Shown here: one piece after another, positions 25,131 through 39,100 of the stretch | Numbering within the stretch: position 1 is the stretch's first letter | Layout: the number at the start of each line of letters is the position of its first letter | From: Paraphysomonas bandaiensis | Lineage: Eukaryota; Protista; Chrysophyceae | DNA length: 64,000 nucleotides | Direction of reading: 5' to 3' | NCBI GenBank assembly: GCA_965644295.1 | Contig: CBFFRP010000017.1 | Coordinates: 1-64,000, forward strand | Position numbers and translations under genes: made by a program | Notes under the pieces: model-generated | Database searches by the model: none | Seen by the model: the letters and a program-made list of their open reading frames with translations, nothing else | Told to the model about the DNA's origin: nothing

Positions 25131-27774
25131 CTAGTTATCTTCCTCCACCTCTGTGTTGGGGTTCATGGATGACCTCCTGGTCGCACGGTTCTTAATCTTG
25201 TTTAGGGATTTCGTCATAGATCCACCCAGAGCTCGCGACGTAGACCCAACGGCCCCGAATGCTCTCGACGTCGCGCCAAGAGCACTCTTCGTGCTGCCGA
25301 CAGCCACACGAGTGGTCGCCCCAGATATATCACCAACTGCACTGGCAGCAGATGATATCATGCTTGGATTGTGTTTCAGCTCCAAAATAGCTTGCATGTC
25401 AGACACTTCTCCTTCAGGCCACATGATGGCAAACATTTCCTCGAACTGTTCCTCGTCAGTGCACACAAGCTTCAGCACTATTTCGATGTGTTTGAATCTT
25501 GCGCCGATCACTGTTGTGAAGGCGGAGGGTATTGGGCATTCTGTCCGCTTAGGATCATTGGGACGGAGACCAATGTGGTGAAGTTGTGTGATCATAGTCT
25601 TCAGGCAGTTTGTATCTAGCAGCAACTGCTCCGCGCCCACCGGGCATATCTTCTTCTGCGTCATAATGTTGTTCAAAAACTGATCCAAGAACTCTGTGGC
25701 AAAGTTCGTACAAAAGTTCTTGTACCATAATGGAGACAGTGCGTGCCTGATACGAGGAATGCAATCCATAAGTATTGTTTTAATCATGGAGATATATGGA
25801 CTGTCATCTCCCACAGCTTGAAGAGTTCCCCATGGAATCTTTTTCATCACCTTCAAAGCTCCTTCTGTTTGTCCCAGTACTCCTCCAACCAGTATACGAA
25901 TGGCGTGTGCAATAACGTCAGTAAATAATTCAATCTGCGCAGACATATCTACCTCCTTTTCAAGTGTTACATCTACTTTCTGCTTTACTTGCGACTCAAG
26001 GTTTGGAACCACCTCCGCGCAGTATTCGGATGTGTTGATAACTCGACACATAGCTACTTCATCATCTATAGTCATGCGGTATATGTATGACTTGCCAGAT
26101 CGTATCAACATAGTTGTTTCGTTGGAATGTGGACAGCGTGATCGCAGTGCTTCGGCATACATCTGGATACATCCACGGTATTCCTTAGAGAGGGACAAAA
26201 ACGGTTTTCCGCATGTAAGTGCTAAACATCGCTTCATCGACAGGCGGATAGTCTCAAACATTCGCCCGGCGGAGTCATACACCTGGTGAGCTGCAGCCAC
26301 CGCAGCGTCATTTATGCTCTTTTCCACTATAGGAGCAGGGGTAGGTGATTTGGCACCGCTCTTGTTATTGCCTGCAGAAGTTGATGCTGCTGCGGCAGCA
26401 GCAGTGAGTGAGGTGACATCTCTTTCTATTAGGCTTTTCACTGTTTCTTCCACAGTCTTACGCTCCAGTTGCACGTAAGGTTCCATGAAGTCATCGAACA
26501 CAGAACTCATTATCTTTCCTTCCGTCAGACGTGCAAGCACCTCTTCGGCAGCTTTAGTGGCAGCGGAAAGTGAGAGGAGGTCTTCCTCAAAGCGCGCGTT
26601 CATCTCCTCTTCAACAGAGAGCACTGACTTCAGAGCTTGGACGATCTTGCCAACATACTCTTGAGTAGCGGTGAGGCCGGTGGCTGTACTGATAGCTGTG
26701 ACGCGCTGTGTCTGTGTGGTGCCCTGACCGTTCGCTTCAGACGAAACAGCTTCAGCCTTTTCAGCGGCTACACATATGGACCTGTAGCTAACCGCCTCCT
26801 CTACCAGCAGGCTCTTGAAGTGCTGCGCTGTGCGGTCAGCGAATTCCAAGTAAAGCCTATGAGGGAAGAGCCATCCAGGTGGGCATATCTCCTGCATTCG
26901 TGTATCAGCCGCATAGAGTAGTCTCCTCAATCCCGCCCATCGCCGCTCAAAAGTTTCCTTGTCGAGTTTATACAGCGCACCTTCTTCTCGGCCCATGCGG
27001 TCGTATGGAAGCATTTGTGTTTGGACCATTTCGTCCATAAGATCCTCCACCACCTCCGCACCGAGGCATTCAACAACCATGTGCGCGTCCTGAAGAGATG
27101 TAATGATCTCATCTGAGTAATGAGGCGTGGTATTTGTTCCAGGACCGCCAGTAGGCACCCCCTCCATTATCTGCCCACAACGTCACAACAAACACTGACA
27201 AAATTCCATGGCCACCACAACAGTCACAAACAAGTACAAAATATATCACACCTGTCCAATCTCGCGATAGGTGCGAAATATCTTTCGTCTCAAAAGGGAC
27301 TTCGCAACTTTCAGACGTCCCCTCATCTCGTCAACCTTCTGGATCAATACGTATCTCTCCAGGGCCCTTGTGGCATTGTTGATACGTCCAAGTATACCAG
27401 CCACAGCCACGTATCGATAGTCACCAGACATCTGACATTTCGTTGATATATAATTTTGGGATCACATGTTGAATATGGAATGTGTGAATGCGTACCTCGA
27501 CCTCCAGATCGCCAATAGACTTTATTAAGGACACGAGGTTTGTCAGCGACGCGCTTGTCTCCAGTAATCTATATGAGAGGGTAACGATATAAAACATAAA
27601 ACGCCAAGAAGCCTACCTCGCCTTTGCGAACTCTGCCTTATCTTTGCTACTAAGAATTCCTTGAATTGCTGCCTCTGCCAGAGCTGCTTTCGTTTTTATA
27701 TCATGAACATTTTCATAAAGGTCGCGAAATGCACTCTGAGGGCTGTTGTCGTCATTCCTCTGCATAATACTCAT
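25131..27774 (-). CDS. VPS53: Vacuolar protein sorting 53-like (GARP/EARP subunit), four or more exons
   Basis: ERRWAGLRRLL...ICPPGW, MCRVINTSEYC, W..LQAVGDDSPYI and GAEQLLLDT motifs. Upstream exons at ~27250-27430, ~27496-27570 and 27617-27774 (LYENVHDIKTKAALAE) match the Vps53 N-terminal coiled coil. Confidence 0.85.
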
Positions 27775-28498
27775 AAGTCACAACACCGTCACAACTGCAT
27801 CCACTACATGAGAGTGCTTCTGCTGGTGAACTGAGGTCGATAGCTCATGCTCTAGTCCCGATATCTGCGCGTATATGCCCACCACTATCTCATTCACAAG
27901 CTGAAGAGGGTTGGTTTTCTCTCTTTCCAGCGACATTTCAGTAACAGTTAGTTTCTAGAATAAGCTTCGAGAGAGCACCGCACCTAATCTTCCTACTTAC
28001 TATGTGATGCAGTGGTAGATTACTGCTTATGTGTACTTAGTGTTTGTGCAGCTATCTTACTGCTGTGTGTATATTTTATGTGAGTGGGTGTATACTATAT
28101 ACGAGTACCATATCCCATAAATACTGCAGTACAAGTGCATGTATTTTACGTATTGTGTGTCCTTTCCAATGGTTTGTCTCATACACATGTGTTTTTGTTT
28201 ATGGTTTATCGTCATATTTGTGGGATACGGATTAGTTTTTTGTTTTTTGGCATATCTCAGCAAAAATGATGCCCAGTGCTGTAGGGTGTATGTATTACTT
28301 GTAGGAATGGGCGAAGAACATCAAGTACATACAGCAGTTGTATACGTTAATATCGTGCACTAACTGCTCCATGCACAATGAAGCTGCAGGTCATCAACGA
28401 ATGTCACTTGCTGTAGTTGCCACAAGAGATATGGTTGAGTACCACCATGGCGGTGTTTATTGATAGTCTATCTACAGCAGTTTGTTTTTTGAGCTTTC

Positions 28499-31400
28499 AT
28501 GAATTGGGATAACGGAGCTGTCGAGGAGACATCTGAGCAGTTGACTGCTAGTTATGTTCAGCAGCTAAAAGTAGCATTACAGCTAAAACAAGATGAATGC
28601 ATATCACTACATAAAAGCAACTCAAATCTGAATAATCAAATAGCTCTGCTTCAAGAGCAGCTTAAAGTTGTCAAAGAAGAACGAGATTTCGAGGCCGCAC
28701 GAGCAGACCTGGCGATAAGCTGTCAAACATCCGATGCCGATCCAAGCAGAATTGCACATGTTGTATCTAAGTGGCTTCCAGAGCATTTAGATGTAACGGT
28801 TGTATGTTGCGTGAAAGCAGGGGATGCTTGGGTTTTAGTTGAAGAAAGTCAACACGGTCTCCGTCTATCGCACGGTACGTTGCTCGATGATGTCGTAAAA
28901 CGATGTGGTGTGTCATCGGAGGGAACCATAAACTCAATCACCATTCCAGAAAGTGTGCTGTGTACCCTCGGTTGGAGTCACATTAACAATTCCATGGCTA
29001 TCGCATGTCATTCACGATGCATGTGGATGTTCGTCGGTGGGACAGCTGAGGAAGCGGCTCACATCGCTATGAGATCATACTCACTGCTCGAGACTGCAAC
29101 TGAACTGATGATGTTCACTGTGGTCAATCAGCTTGAAAGGTCGGGAGAGTATAGCAAGCTTTGCAAGACAGAGACTTCTCTTGAGGTGTCTAGACTGCTT
29201 CTGAGCACGAGATACTCAATTGATAGACCGACGAAAACATCTACCAGTGTGTCCATTGAACCTGCAATCGCCTGGAGAATGTTACCTGCTACTTTGGAGT
29301 TTGCTATCAATGATGTTGAGTGCGATATTTTGGTATTCCTTGATGATGAGCGTGGGGATAAGTTGGTGCTGTCAGCACAAAGGGGGTGCAAAACCGTCTC
29401 CGGATACGCAGGGTCACTAACAGAAAAGGCTATAGAGTCTGGTACGGAGCTGTTGGTGTGTAGTGATCGAGAAAACATATCTCGTGATCAGTGGATAGAT
29501 TGTGGATGTGAGTCTAGTCCTGCTGAAGCAGCATATCGGAGAGATGTGGTCATCGCTGTTGCCCCGATATGGTATGGCCCAGAGTCCCACCACATCACTT
29601 GTCCATTTTCAGGGAGCTGCCTTATGAATGTGCGAAGCGCGTTGGTTTTCCGTTTGCCTGGGAGAATTTTCTCTGAGGTTGAGATGGATATACTTCTGGA
29701 AGTCGTCCGTGACAATATCCCTGTTCTACAGAGGTGGATGGAAAATCACATGTGCGATATAGTAGATAGTTTTTCCGCTTGCGCTGCTCGTAAGTCTAAT
29801 GGGACAACTGCAGACAATCATTCGTTGACAGTCAGTGTGAACAAGTCACTGGATAGAACATCTATGTCGGGCATACGATGTCTTCGCAGCTGTCTGGAGA
29901 ACTTTATAGATGACGGATTGCAATCTGCTTATCGAAAAACCGACGACCCCGATAATTACATGCTGATGAGGCTGCTTGCTAGTTGCTTTTCCTGCGATTG
30001 GGCAGTGATGCTTGCATCGAAGAACACTGTAAATAGCGGCAATGAAGTCAATATTTGCGATCTGATGCTGACTAACGATAAAGGATATACCAACCACTAT
30101 TGCCTGCAGGGAGGCGAAATCAACACGAACCCACTGTCGCAGACTATAAAGCATCTCCTGAGTCGCCGTAACGGTGGTAGTGGAAGTGATAAATGCGTCG
30201 TACTTAATAGTCTATTTGGTTCGTCCCGCGGGCCTGTGTCCGGCACCATACAGCTTCTACAGTCACTTCTTCATGCCTCTGGGGAAATGCATGTCGGAGA
30301 CTTAAACGATGTACTGACATGTAATCGTCCGATTCACGTTGTATGTTCCAGTTTTTGGATATCTCAACGTGCCTCCAAGTCAGGTGAGTGCGTTGTCGTC
30401 GTATGTGGCAGAAAGTGGTTTCCTTTAGATGAATCTGAATGCACTGACTCAACGCATGAGATTCAACTGATGCTACAGCTCTTAGAGGAGTGCCGCGAGA
30501 AAGACAGTGTTTACAATGTCGCGGAGCGGGTGAAAGAACAAATACACACTTTAGAGTGTGAGACTCGAAAGAAAGAAGAACTAGAACGTTGTATCGCTGA
30601 CATGCGTTTTCAATTTGATGATTCACATAAGAATGAGTGTTCCAATGATATTTACAGTATTGGCAAGGTACTCCTGGATGCTCTGGAGACAACGAAAAGC
30701 ACCGTATTTGGAGACGGGTCTATTGCAATGTTATGTGCTAGCGAGGAAATCACAGGAAATCAGTGGACATTGGGTCTGCCATTAGGCTCCCAGTCTACAG
30801 AAGTTGTACATTGGTATCGCATGGATAAGCTTGTGTCGAGCGCAATAAACTGGGAGGTTCTATCATGTGGCGACACTGGAGGGCTTGAACCACGTACGTA
30901 TCAGACACAGCATCCTTTAAATCACCCCGACTCTCCTACAGCACTCAAGTTCTACCAAATTTTACCGCTGTATTGTGAGACGTATGCTAATGCTTTGATA
31001 GATGTATTTGTTCTGGTATTTCTGGCAGAACACACGGAATCTAGCTCCGACTCGTGCAAGCTTGACAGTCACGCATTTCTGTGGCTTTCCCTAATTCGAA
31101 ATTATGTTGTTAAGAATATCAATGCACTTTTACTTCTAAGACATGATTGTGATCATTCTACGACAAGCATTGGGTCTACTGATATGCCGTCTGCTGTAAG
31201 AAATGGTACATCGTATGCCACAGAGATCGCTGTTGAGTTTTTGTCGTTGCAGCTCTCTGACCATGAAACTTGGATGGGTGGTACCTACTCGGAAGATGTT
31301 GGAGATAGTGTGTCTGATGAATGGAAAACAGGGGAACTCGTTGATGACGTCAATTATCTATGTAGCACGACAGTGTGGCAACGCCTGTTTAATCGATTCT

Positions 31401-34400
31401 TTCTCCCGTTTCGTATTTCCCTTGTAGTTGTCGGTCATCTTAGTAACCACATTGACTCCTTGAAAAATCAGCAAAACAACGATTGTTTTCTAATAGACAT
31501 ATTACACCAAGGGTTTGAAGTGTCACATCAACTAAAACTTTGTATTTTTCATGCACTCAACGAACCTTCAAACTACCAATTTGTCTCTAGTAGTGGAAAA
31601 TTGGATATTCAAATAAATTGTGGACGGTCACACTTCAGTGAGTTACTGTATCGATATTTGATAAGTGTTGGAGATTTGGGAGATTATGTACAACAGGACA
31701 ATGTTTTACTGTGCCGTTACGAAGCTAATGGTATGATGTATTACTTGCTAGCAACATCACCGCTTGGAATGATTATCACGCCTAGAGATATCGCAATGTT
31801 GGAAAATATGATTACTTGTGCAATGCTTCCCTCCCGTATTATCAAAGCGCATAAATCTCTGAAGCGTGATCTGAAATCTATTTCAAGTGTAGTACGTTGT
31901 GGTGCTCCCAGACCTTCATATATTTTGGAGAGAAGTGATAGCCTAACTGATTACTGGGGAATATTCTTACCTCAAGCTATATCCTGCTTGGAGAATTTGA
32001 TGCACACGTGCTGCACCAGTTTAAGTGAAATGACATTTGAAAATCAGCAGTGTGATGGCAATGATTTATGCCTATTAGATGGAAATTGCTACCTTCATGA
32101 TGGAAAGTCTTTAGCACAGGTACATTATCTGGATCATATGAGTGGTTTGGGTAGAAGTGCTTCTCTTCCTAGCTTTGCAAGTAATCTGCCGTCGGAATAT
32201 CGCGTTGAGCATAGTGATGATGCCCTTTGTGAGACAGGTGGAGTTTTTGTCCATATTTTGGAACAGGATTTAGCAACAGGTATATTTGAGTTGCCTGTAG
32301 ATGGTACACTTGTTGCCCTGAACAATGATAAAGGAGTTTATAAGCATGCAATGAAGGAATACAATGATGGTGTATACATCATTCGTATTATGTTGCAGTC
32401 ACCGTCGCCGTCGCCAAGTGATTTTATGAATGGTTTGGCGGCAGTACTGCTCAGGTTTAAGTGGTCGAATGGTATTAAATCTGTTCAGAAATCTCGGTCA
32501 GTAGAAGCAGATGCCAGCTTTTTCCCTGTTCACATTTTGCCTCATATGAGGCTCTCAGCTTCGGCCACACGTTCTGTACTTACTCGAGATTACTACCAGA
32601 GATTGGAATACGATTCTATTATCACATCTTACCGTTCGTCAGTGAAGAGATTTAAAGAGCTCTGCATAGATTGTGTCAGACACTGTGAAGGAAAATATAG
32701 TTTCCTTGCTGACACAGCCGCTGATTCAGCCGCAGGTCTAAAATATGTGCACGATACAATTGATGGTGAGCAAGCAATGATATGTCGTAATTGAGATGTT
32801 TCCTCACTTGATTGAATAGATGATGGTGATGAATTGATTGTCAAGATGGTTGAAAATTTTATGAGTGAGTTTGAAAATAATTCCAAAAAAATTGCGGAGG
32901 TAAGAAAATTTCTTCTCGCATACTTTTTGTGAGTTAAACTTTTATATATATTTACAGAGGATTACTACTATGAATTCAATAATTAGTGAAAAGAGCCACG
33001 AAGTATGGATTCTGCATATAAGAAATATATTTAAGCATAATTCTTTGTTTGTAGATTGATGCGAAGCGTTCTGAATTAGATTTGCTAACTAGCTGCATGA
33101 GAGGTGCTGAAGTAGACTATCTGTCTCTATCGCACAGACAAGATGAATTAATAAAGATGATTGAGTCCTGCATAAAGAACTCACCCCAGAGTATTGGCGT
33201 TGATTTTACAACGGGTGAAACGGCCGAAGAAGAGAATGGTGATACTAAATTCTTTGTGTTAAGTCGTCAACTTAATATAATTGTGCGACTCGGAAACTAT
33301 CATGCCGATTTGCTTAACTATATTGAAGGTATATTATGTCAACTTTATGTGAAATTTTAAAGTGTTTGCCAGGAGTGATGTCTGATAAGGGTATGTTATA
33401 CATCGTTGCTGATTGGATATGTCAACACGCATCTGAGCGCAGTGGGGATCAGTGGGAGGTTTTTTGGAACGTTGGGGAGGAATGTTTATTTACCGGTGGT
33501 GATAACGAAGAGTTTATTCCTCAGCGTATAGTACACAAAGATGGATTTATTTGGGCTATATCATCGCAGCAACCATATACAACAGATGTTTTGGGAGACA
33601 TTAACAATATTGGAAACAAATGCAACACTACACTTAAGACGGTGTCCTATTGGCCTATATTGTCGCGCTCTTGCGAACATAAACCACTTGTCAAAGCAGT
33701 TGTACAGCAAGTCCATGCAATGAACTCTCCCTCTGATATCGTTGTACAAAGAGGACTCTTGAAAGCTGTAACAGCCGCAGTAAATTATAGCGATATCAAT
33801 ATTAATCAGTATGAAGAGTCAGTTATAGCCACGTCGTCCTTTTTTGAGCAATTTCGAAATGTTTCCCCCACGGGTATGCCACCGAGTTGTAACGAAAAGC
33901 GTAACGTAAACTATGCTGAAGTTAGTAATTTCGCAATCAACGTAGTGTCAAAATTGTTGCGATATCGCTGTTACATTGGGTGCTTTTTCGCCGTCGTAGA
34001 TTGTATGCAGCAGAAAAATTATATAGGAACTGTAAACCGCCTGAGCTGTGACTTGACCTCAGCTGAGGGTGTTGAGAATAAGTATGGTGTTTGTTGTTAT
34101 TAATACATGAATGAAATTATGAATTAGGGTCACTGAAATATTGATATCGCGGACTGAATTCGAAGAGAATATACTGTGCGGATCTATTGGGTATTCTGGT
34201 ACTCAGGCTCTACGTAATAGGCGCTCCGTATTACATACGCTTCTCAACGTTGACGACTTCTTTGAAATGAGAAAAATATATCGTGACATCATTCCGATTG
34301 ATGGAAATAGAGGATTCATCATAGTAGAGAGTGATAAGGGTCTCAAAACTAGCGAAATTTCAGCTGTATGTACTCTTACCCATGTTGTGAGCCTCTCTGT

Positions 34401-37400
34401 GGAGATGGCTTCACTGAGGTGCGCCAATTCATTTCTGTAGTTCTAGTTAATACATGCTAACTTCATTGATAGAAATGATATGATACAAACGCGCATTGAT
34501 TTAGCTCAGAGTCAGGAGACAATCGTACTTCAAGAACAAGAGCTCTCAAATCATGAGCATGATAAAGGATCTGCAGAAATGTGGAAGCGCTCATTATATC
34601 AGTGCATAGATTCAATTACAGCTCGATGTGCGAGAGACTACGATGCCAGTGATGGAACCGAACCAGATGAGCGCCTTCAGTGTTTTATACGGGATGGTTT
34701 TGAACGAATGAAAGACAGCATTGAGGGCTCAACTGGAACAGTTAGGATGCATGCATCAGTACTTCATATTAGCAGGTTAGTTGTCCACTCTGTGTGGGAA
34801 TATATTCGTAACATTTTAACTTCAAAAAAAGCGATGCACTGGATGAGGTAAAACTGTGGCTTGAACAAGAAAACTCAGTGACAAAAAGACAGAGCAGTGA
34901 GATGATCAGTGACTCTTCCGCATTAAGAAGATTGACGGTTACATCTGACGGTCGAATCCGAAGAGATCATCCCGAATCTGCTTCGTCTCGGAATTCTTTC
35001 AGTGCTTTAGAATTCCGTAATGTTACGGCTACTAAAATTGCTGCATTTGCTGTATTAATACAGGCTATTATCGAGACCCCGCGTGGAGTACAAAATATGA
35101 GCAATGTAAGAGCAGTTGTACCAATCGGAGAGTATCCCCCCGCTGTTGGTAGCTGGGCTCTTGTTATTACGCAGAATCTGGAATCGACCTGTGATATGAG
35201 TCCTATTGAACTAGAGTATGAGGTGGCTGAACGTTCGCTTTACGTTACCAAGTGTTTACGAATGTGGCTGATGAGCATGGAGTTAGAAAGATCATTCAGG
35301 ACATCTAAGTCTTTTGAAGCTTTCACAAGGTGCTTTTCATTATAATACGGGTTTGTGTGACTTCAGAATAACTCCTTCTGTAGGCTGTTGAGTTACCAGC
35401 TGTCAGTGTCAGCGACTTTGTTGAGCAAGTTGGTTAATGAAGCAGAGTTAAGGTCCATTCCTTCGTTTGCAGCGGCGTTGATGATGTCCTTACACGAAAG
35501 TTCTTTTCAGCACATGCTATCTTCAGGAAATGGATATCTGCAAAAGTCACCGATGTCTTCCGTGTCGTGCATGCGTGATTATGTTTCTGACATTAGACCA
35601 CAGAGTTGTGTTTCTGTGAGGTATATAATAACTGCCTTAACAATTTAATGCTGACTGTACGTGTACAGATTACATTGGATGCTTATGTCCGACAAGCATG
35701 AGCAGCACTGGAACACTGTCGACATTTCACCTTCATTTAATTTTTCTGCAGATTCCGTGCCCATAGGCTCTCTACTAAAGGAGGATAAATGGCAGGTAAT
35801 TCGGTCTACTATACAGTCTAATATTCTCGATGATGCATGGAATTGCAATGATAATTGCGATCAAGGGACCAATAAATTTATTCCGATTGTATGTTGTGCT
35901 GAGTACAAACTCATATTGGAAATGCACGTACGTGAAGAGGCGCACTTGAGGAATGACAGTAATAGGGGATATCTGGTGGCTATAAACCTGTGGTTAGAGT
36001 ATATTGTATCTACCCTGCGCGGTTTGCTAGAGTTGAATAGATTGAACAATGGCTTAGCAAAAATGAGACAAGAGGAAACTCATCATGTTCATCGAATGAA
36101 TATGCTAGTGAAATGTCTAAAGGAGCTTCATGTGACCAACGGGCACTTGATTCCGGTGATTAAATCAGTTGAAAAGATTCTCGTTTCACACCCTCCTTTT
36201 AACTATGTTACAATTTTTTGTAAGGATACGCATGATGACATTGTCTTATATGATGGAGATTCAGTTGCAACCTTAGAATCACGAAATAACGATGCCACTT
36301 ATTCTTCATTGGAGGGCGACGAGATGAAAGGAAGTTTAGTTGGAGAAAAAATATTGACACAGTTTGTAACCTTGAGTTTGGACTTCCAAGTGTATGAAAT
36401 CAAAGGAGCTGTGAACATAGGATCGAAAGAAGATATCGTTTCCTACGATCGCGTAGTTTTGAATGTATTGGTGAAAGCAATTGGGAGGCGAATCTATGAG
36501 CTATACCGAGGAAATCGAAACAAAAGGGTGTTGGCGGAGACATTGCGGGATTTGGAGCAGCATAAGTATGCATACTATGGACTGCTTATATCTAGTTTAA
36601 GTATTATGATACAGAGCATGGCTTGAGGAACGTGACAAGGAAATTGCAAGTCTGAAATCTGCTCAAGCTGAACTAGAAGAAGAGGTGATCGGTATGGAAG
36701 ATATAAATGTGCGACTTAGAACACTTCTTCGCGACGAAGCATCCGCCCTTGAAGAAGCTCGTAAAGTGAAACGGGAATCGGATAAACACTTCAAGCGAGT
36801 AATTGACGAGTGTCGTAGGTGATTGATATGCTATTTTCATACATGTGAGAATTTGACTGTTGGGGATCTAGTGAGTTTGAGAAGAAAGAGAGAACGCTTA
36901 GTAAGACGCTGGAGGCACTAAAGCGGCAGTGTGCATTGCTAACACGGCAGCTTGCGGACAGCTCGAAAGGAAGGTCAATATCAGAGAGAGACTTACAGAA
37001 TGCATTGGACCAGTGTGATAGGGCCGAAAGGAAGAAGCACGAGGTCGTAATTTTCCCGCTGCCAATTAAATTGCTCATTGTAATTCTATGTAGCTTATTG
37101 AAGCGCTTTCAACTCAGAGACACGAGTATGACGCCAAAGTAAAAGAGCTAGAATCTGCGATAACTAAATACAAGGTGGGACTGTATATTGGTGCTTTATT
37201 ATTTATACATATTTTTGTTGCTTTAGTCGGAGTTAGCTATCTGTGAGAGAGACCGAATGCTGACTGAAGAAAAGCATCGCAGTGCAGTTATGATGGCCGA
37301 AGAACGGGTGAAGTATGCGCAGGAGAAAGCTACAAGTATGGAATTGGAGGTAGCTGCTACCAGGAAATCTACGCATTTTTTAAAGCATCAAGTGGAATCT

Positions 37401-37562
37401 ACCTCTCGTGCACTGAAGCTGAACCAAGATGAGCTAGAGCGGTTGAAACTGCGGTCTTCCAGTGTAGGCCGATTTGATTCCATTGACACATTTAACAATA
37501 GTGGAACCGTGACTCCAACTGAGAATCTTAGTAGAAAGAGTAGTAAAGTGTCAATGAAATAG
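28499..37562 (+). CDS. Very large multi-exon hypothetical protein with N- and C-terminal coiled coils
   Basis: A 4.3-kb first ORF followed by a chain of same-strand ORFs separated by ~50-110 nt GT-AG gaps, ending in coiled-coil-rich exons. No family recognised. Confidence 0.7.
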
Positions 37563-37964
37563 TGCTGGTGTTCTCGTTTTTGAAAAATATGTAGATCTCA
37601 GAATCAAAGTGTAGACGTTGTTGATGTTGTACGCTATGGATCGAGCTGAACTTTGTCTTGCAGTCAAGATCAAGAGGAAAGAAACGCAACCGACCGTACA
37701 AAGAAACAGTACCTCTCTTAATGTAAAGATATTTATAATGAGAGGCCAACCTACCCATCATTTTAATGGCCATTATAGTAGCCATGAAGGGCAATTAATG
37801 GCCATCGTCCTTAATGTTTTCCAAGTTCTAATTCTAATTTCCAAGTTGAAACGTGTTGGAAAATATTTCTTTTTTGTATTCACCTCACATAGCATTCATC
37901 GAATAGTGCCTCTGCTGGCAATAGAAGATCGGTGTCGTTGTAGTACAACGTGCATGCTTGTGTA

Positions 37965-38473
37965 TATTGAAATTCTTATTATTAGCAATAGGCGTTAAAA
38001 ACCTGCACCAACTTAGTAGCTAGATGAATGCTAGACAAACTAGCTAGACCTCTACCTGTAACTAATCAGTACACACTTTTTTTATCCTACTATTTAACGC
38101 TACGGAAGCTGCTTGTGCGTCGCCGCAAGCACCAAGGTGCGACCACTTCCGCTCTGAGTTCTTAAGGTGGACATCCCGGATGCTTGACTTCAGCAGGCAG
38201 CCCAATACTCCGGTTACCCGTGAGGTGGGCCCTGTCCCGGATGCGCTTGAGGTGGGCCCATTCCTGGATGCCTGCTTATTCGTCAGGGCCCAAAGACGTC
38301 TACACAAGTGACACTTATTGGTGTCCCTTGTACCACACAAGCATTCGGCTATGAGTGAGCAGAGCAATATCTGCTGACTATGTTTGCGGCTCGCGTTAGT
38401 TTCCCAGAGAGAATCTCTCCGGTACTTATCCACCAAAACACCACGAAAAGGTGCGAGTCCGACTTTGTTGAGG
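37965..38473 (-). mobile_element. SINE-like retroposon, second full-length copy
   Basis: Reverse complement of 20355-20872 with scattered substitutions. 13-bp TSD gcatgcttgtgta at 37952-37964 and 38523-38535. Confidence 0.92.
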
Positions 38474-38480
38474 GCATGCT

Positions 38481-38517
38481 ACAACGCCTACTGCTAAATA
38501 ACAAGACTTTCAATATA
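38481..38517 (+). mobile_element. 37-nt extreme 3' tail of the retroposon, independent insertion
   Basis: acaacgcctactgctaaataacaagactttcaatata flanked by a 12-bp duplication tgagggcatgct at 38469-38480 and 38518-38529. Confidence 0.85.
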
Positions 38518-38689
38518 TGAGGGCATGCTTGTGTACACAACCGATTTCGTTCTTGGAAAGTAAACTAGATTAGAATACCAATTACCAATTACGATATTAG
38601 CTATTGAACCAAGGAACTAAGCTAAACCTGACGAATAGGTTGAAGCGCAAAAACCAAAAATAATCAGTCCCTTCTAGAATTAACGCACC

Positions 38690-39100
38690 ACTTACTTCAT
38701 CCTTAGCCTCTTCGGACTCGTCATCTCTTTCACTACTTACATCAAGTGAACAATTGTTTTTGTTGTATATGAATTACGCCAGCAGATGTTACTCCTTGCC
38801 TTTAAGAAAAGCAGCGTGTTGAGAGTTGTCTGAGACATTCAATTGCAAGAATATATAAGCCTATCATATATAGTCAGCAGATAATCTATCAACCACGTCA
38901 AATTCATCAGTCGTTTAAGTATCAAAACGCGCACACTTGTGCAACACCAACGTATACACTGTCGTCGCTATCATCATTGATGTCAATATCAGTTCTACAA
39001 ACATTCTATGCACAACCTCTGAGTGCCAAGTTTGAATTTTGACAATCTCATTACTCAAGTTGGGGGCTCAAGCTGATGTATTATTTGAACTATTTCACTT
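38690..39100 (-). pseudogene. Decayed hAT-type transposase C-terminal remnant
   Basis: Fragments PNLSNEIVKIQ and MSQTTLNTLLFLKA plus an acidic tail, resembling the C-terminus in the hAT element at 59235-60014. Confidence 0.5.

Noticed and set aside
37963-38517. TIR DNA transposon or Penelope-type inverted pseudo-LTR
   Set aside because: The inverted tail has its own 12-bp duplication and is absent from the sibling copy at 20355.
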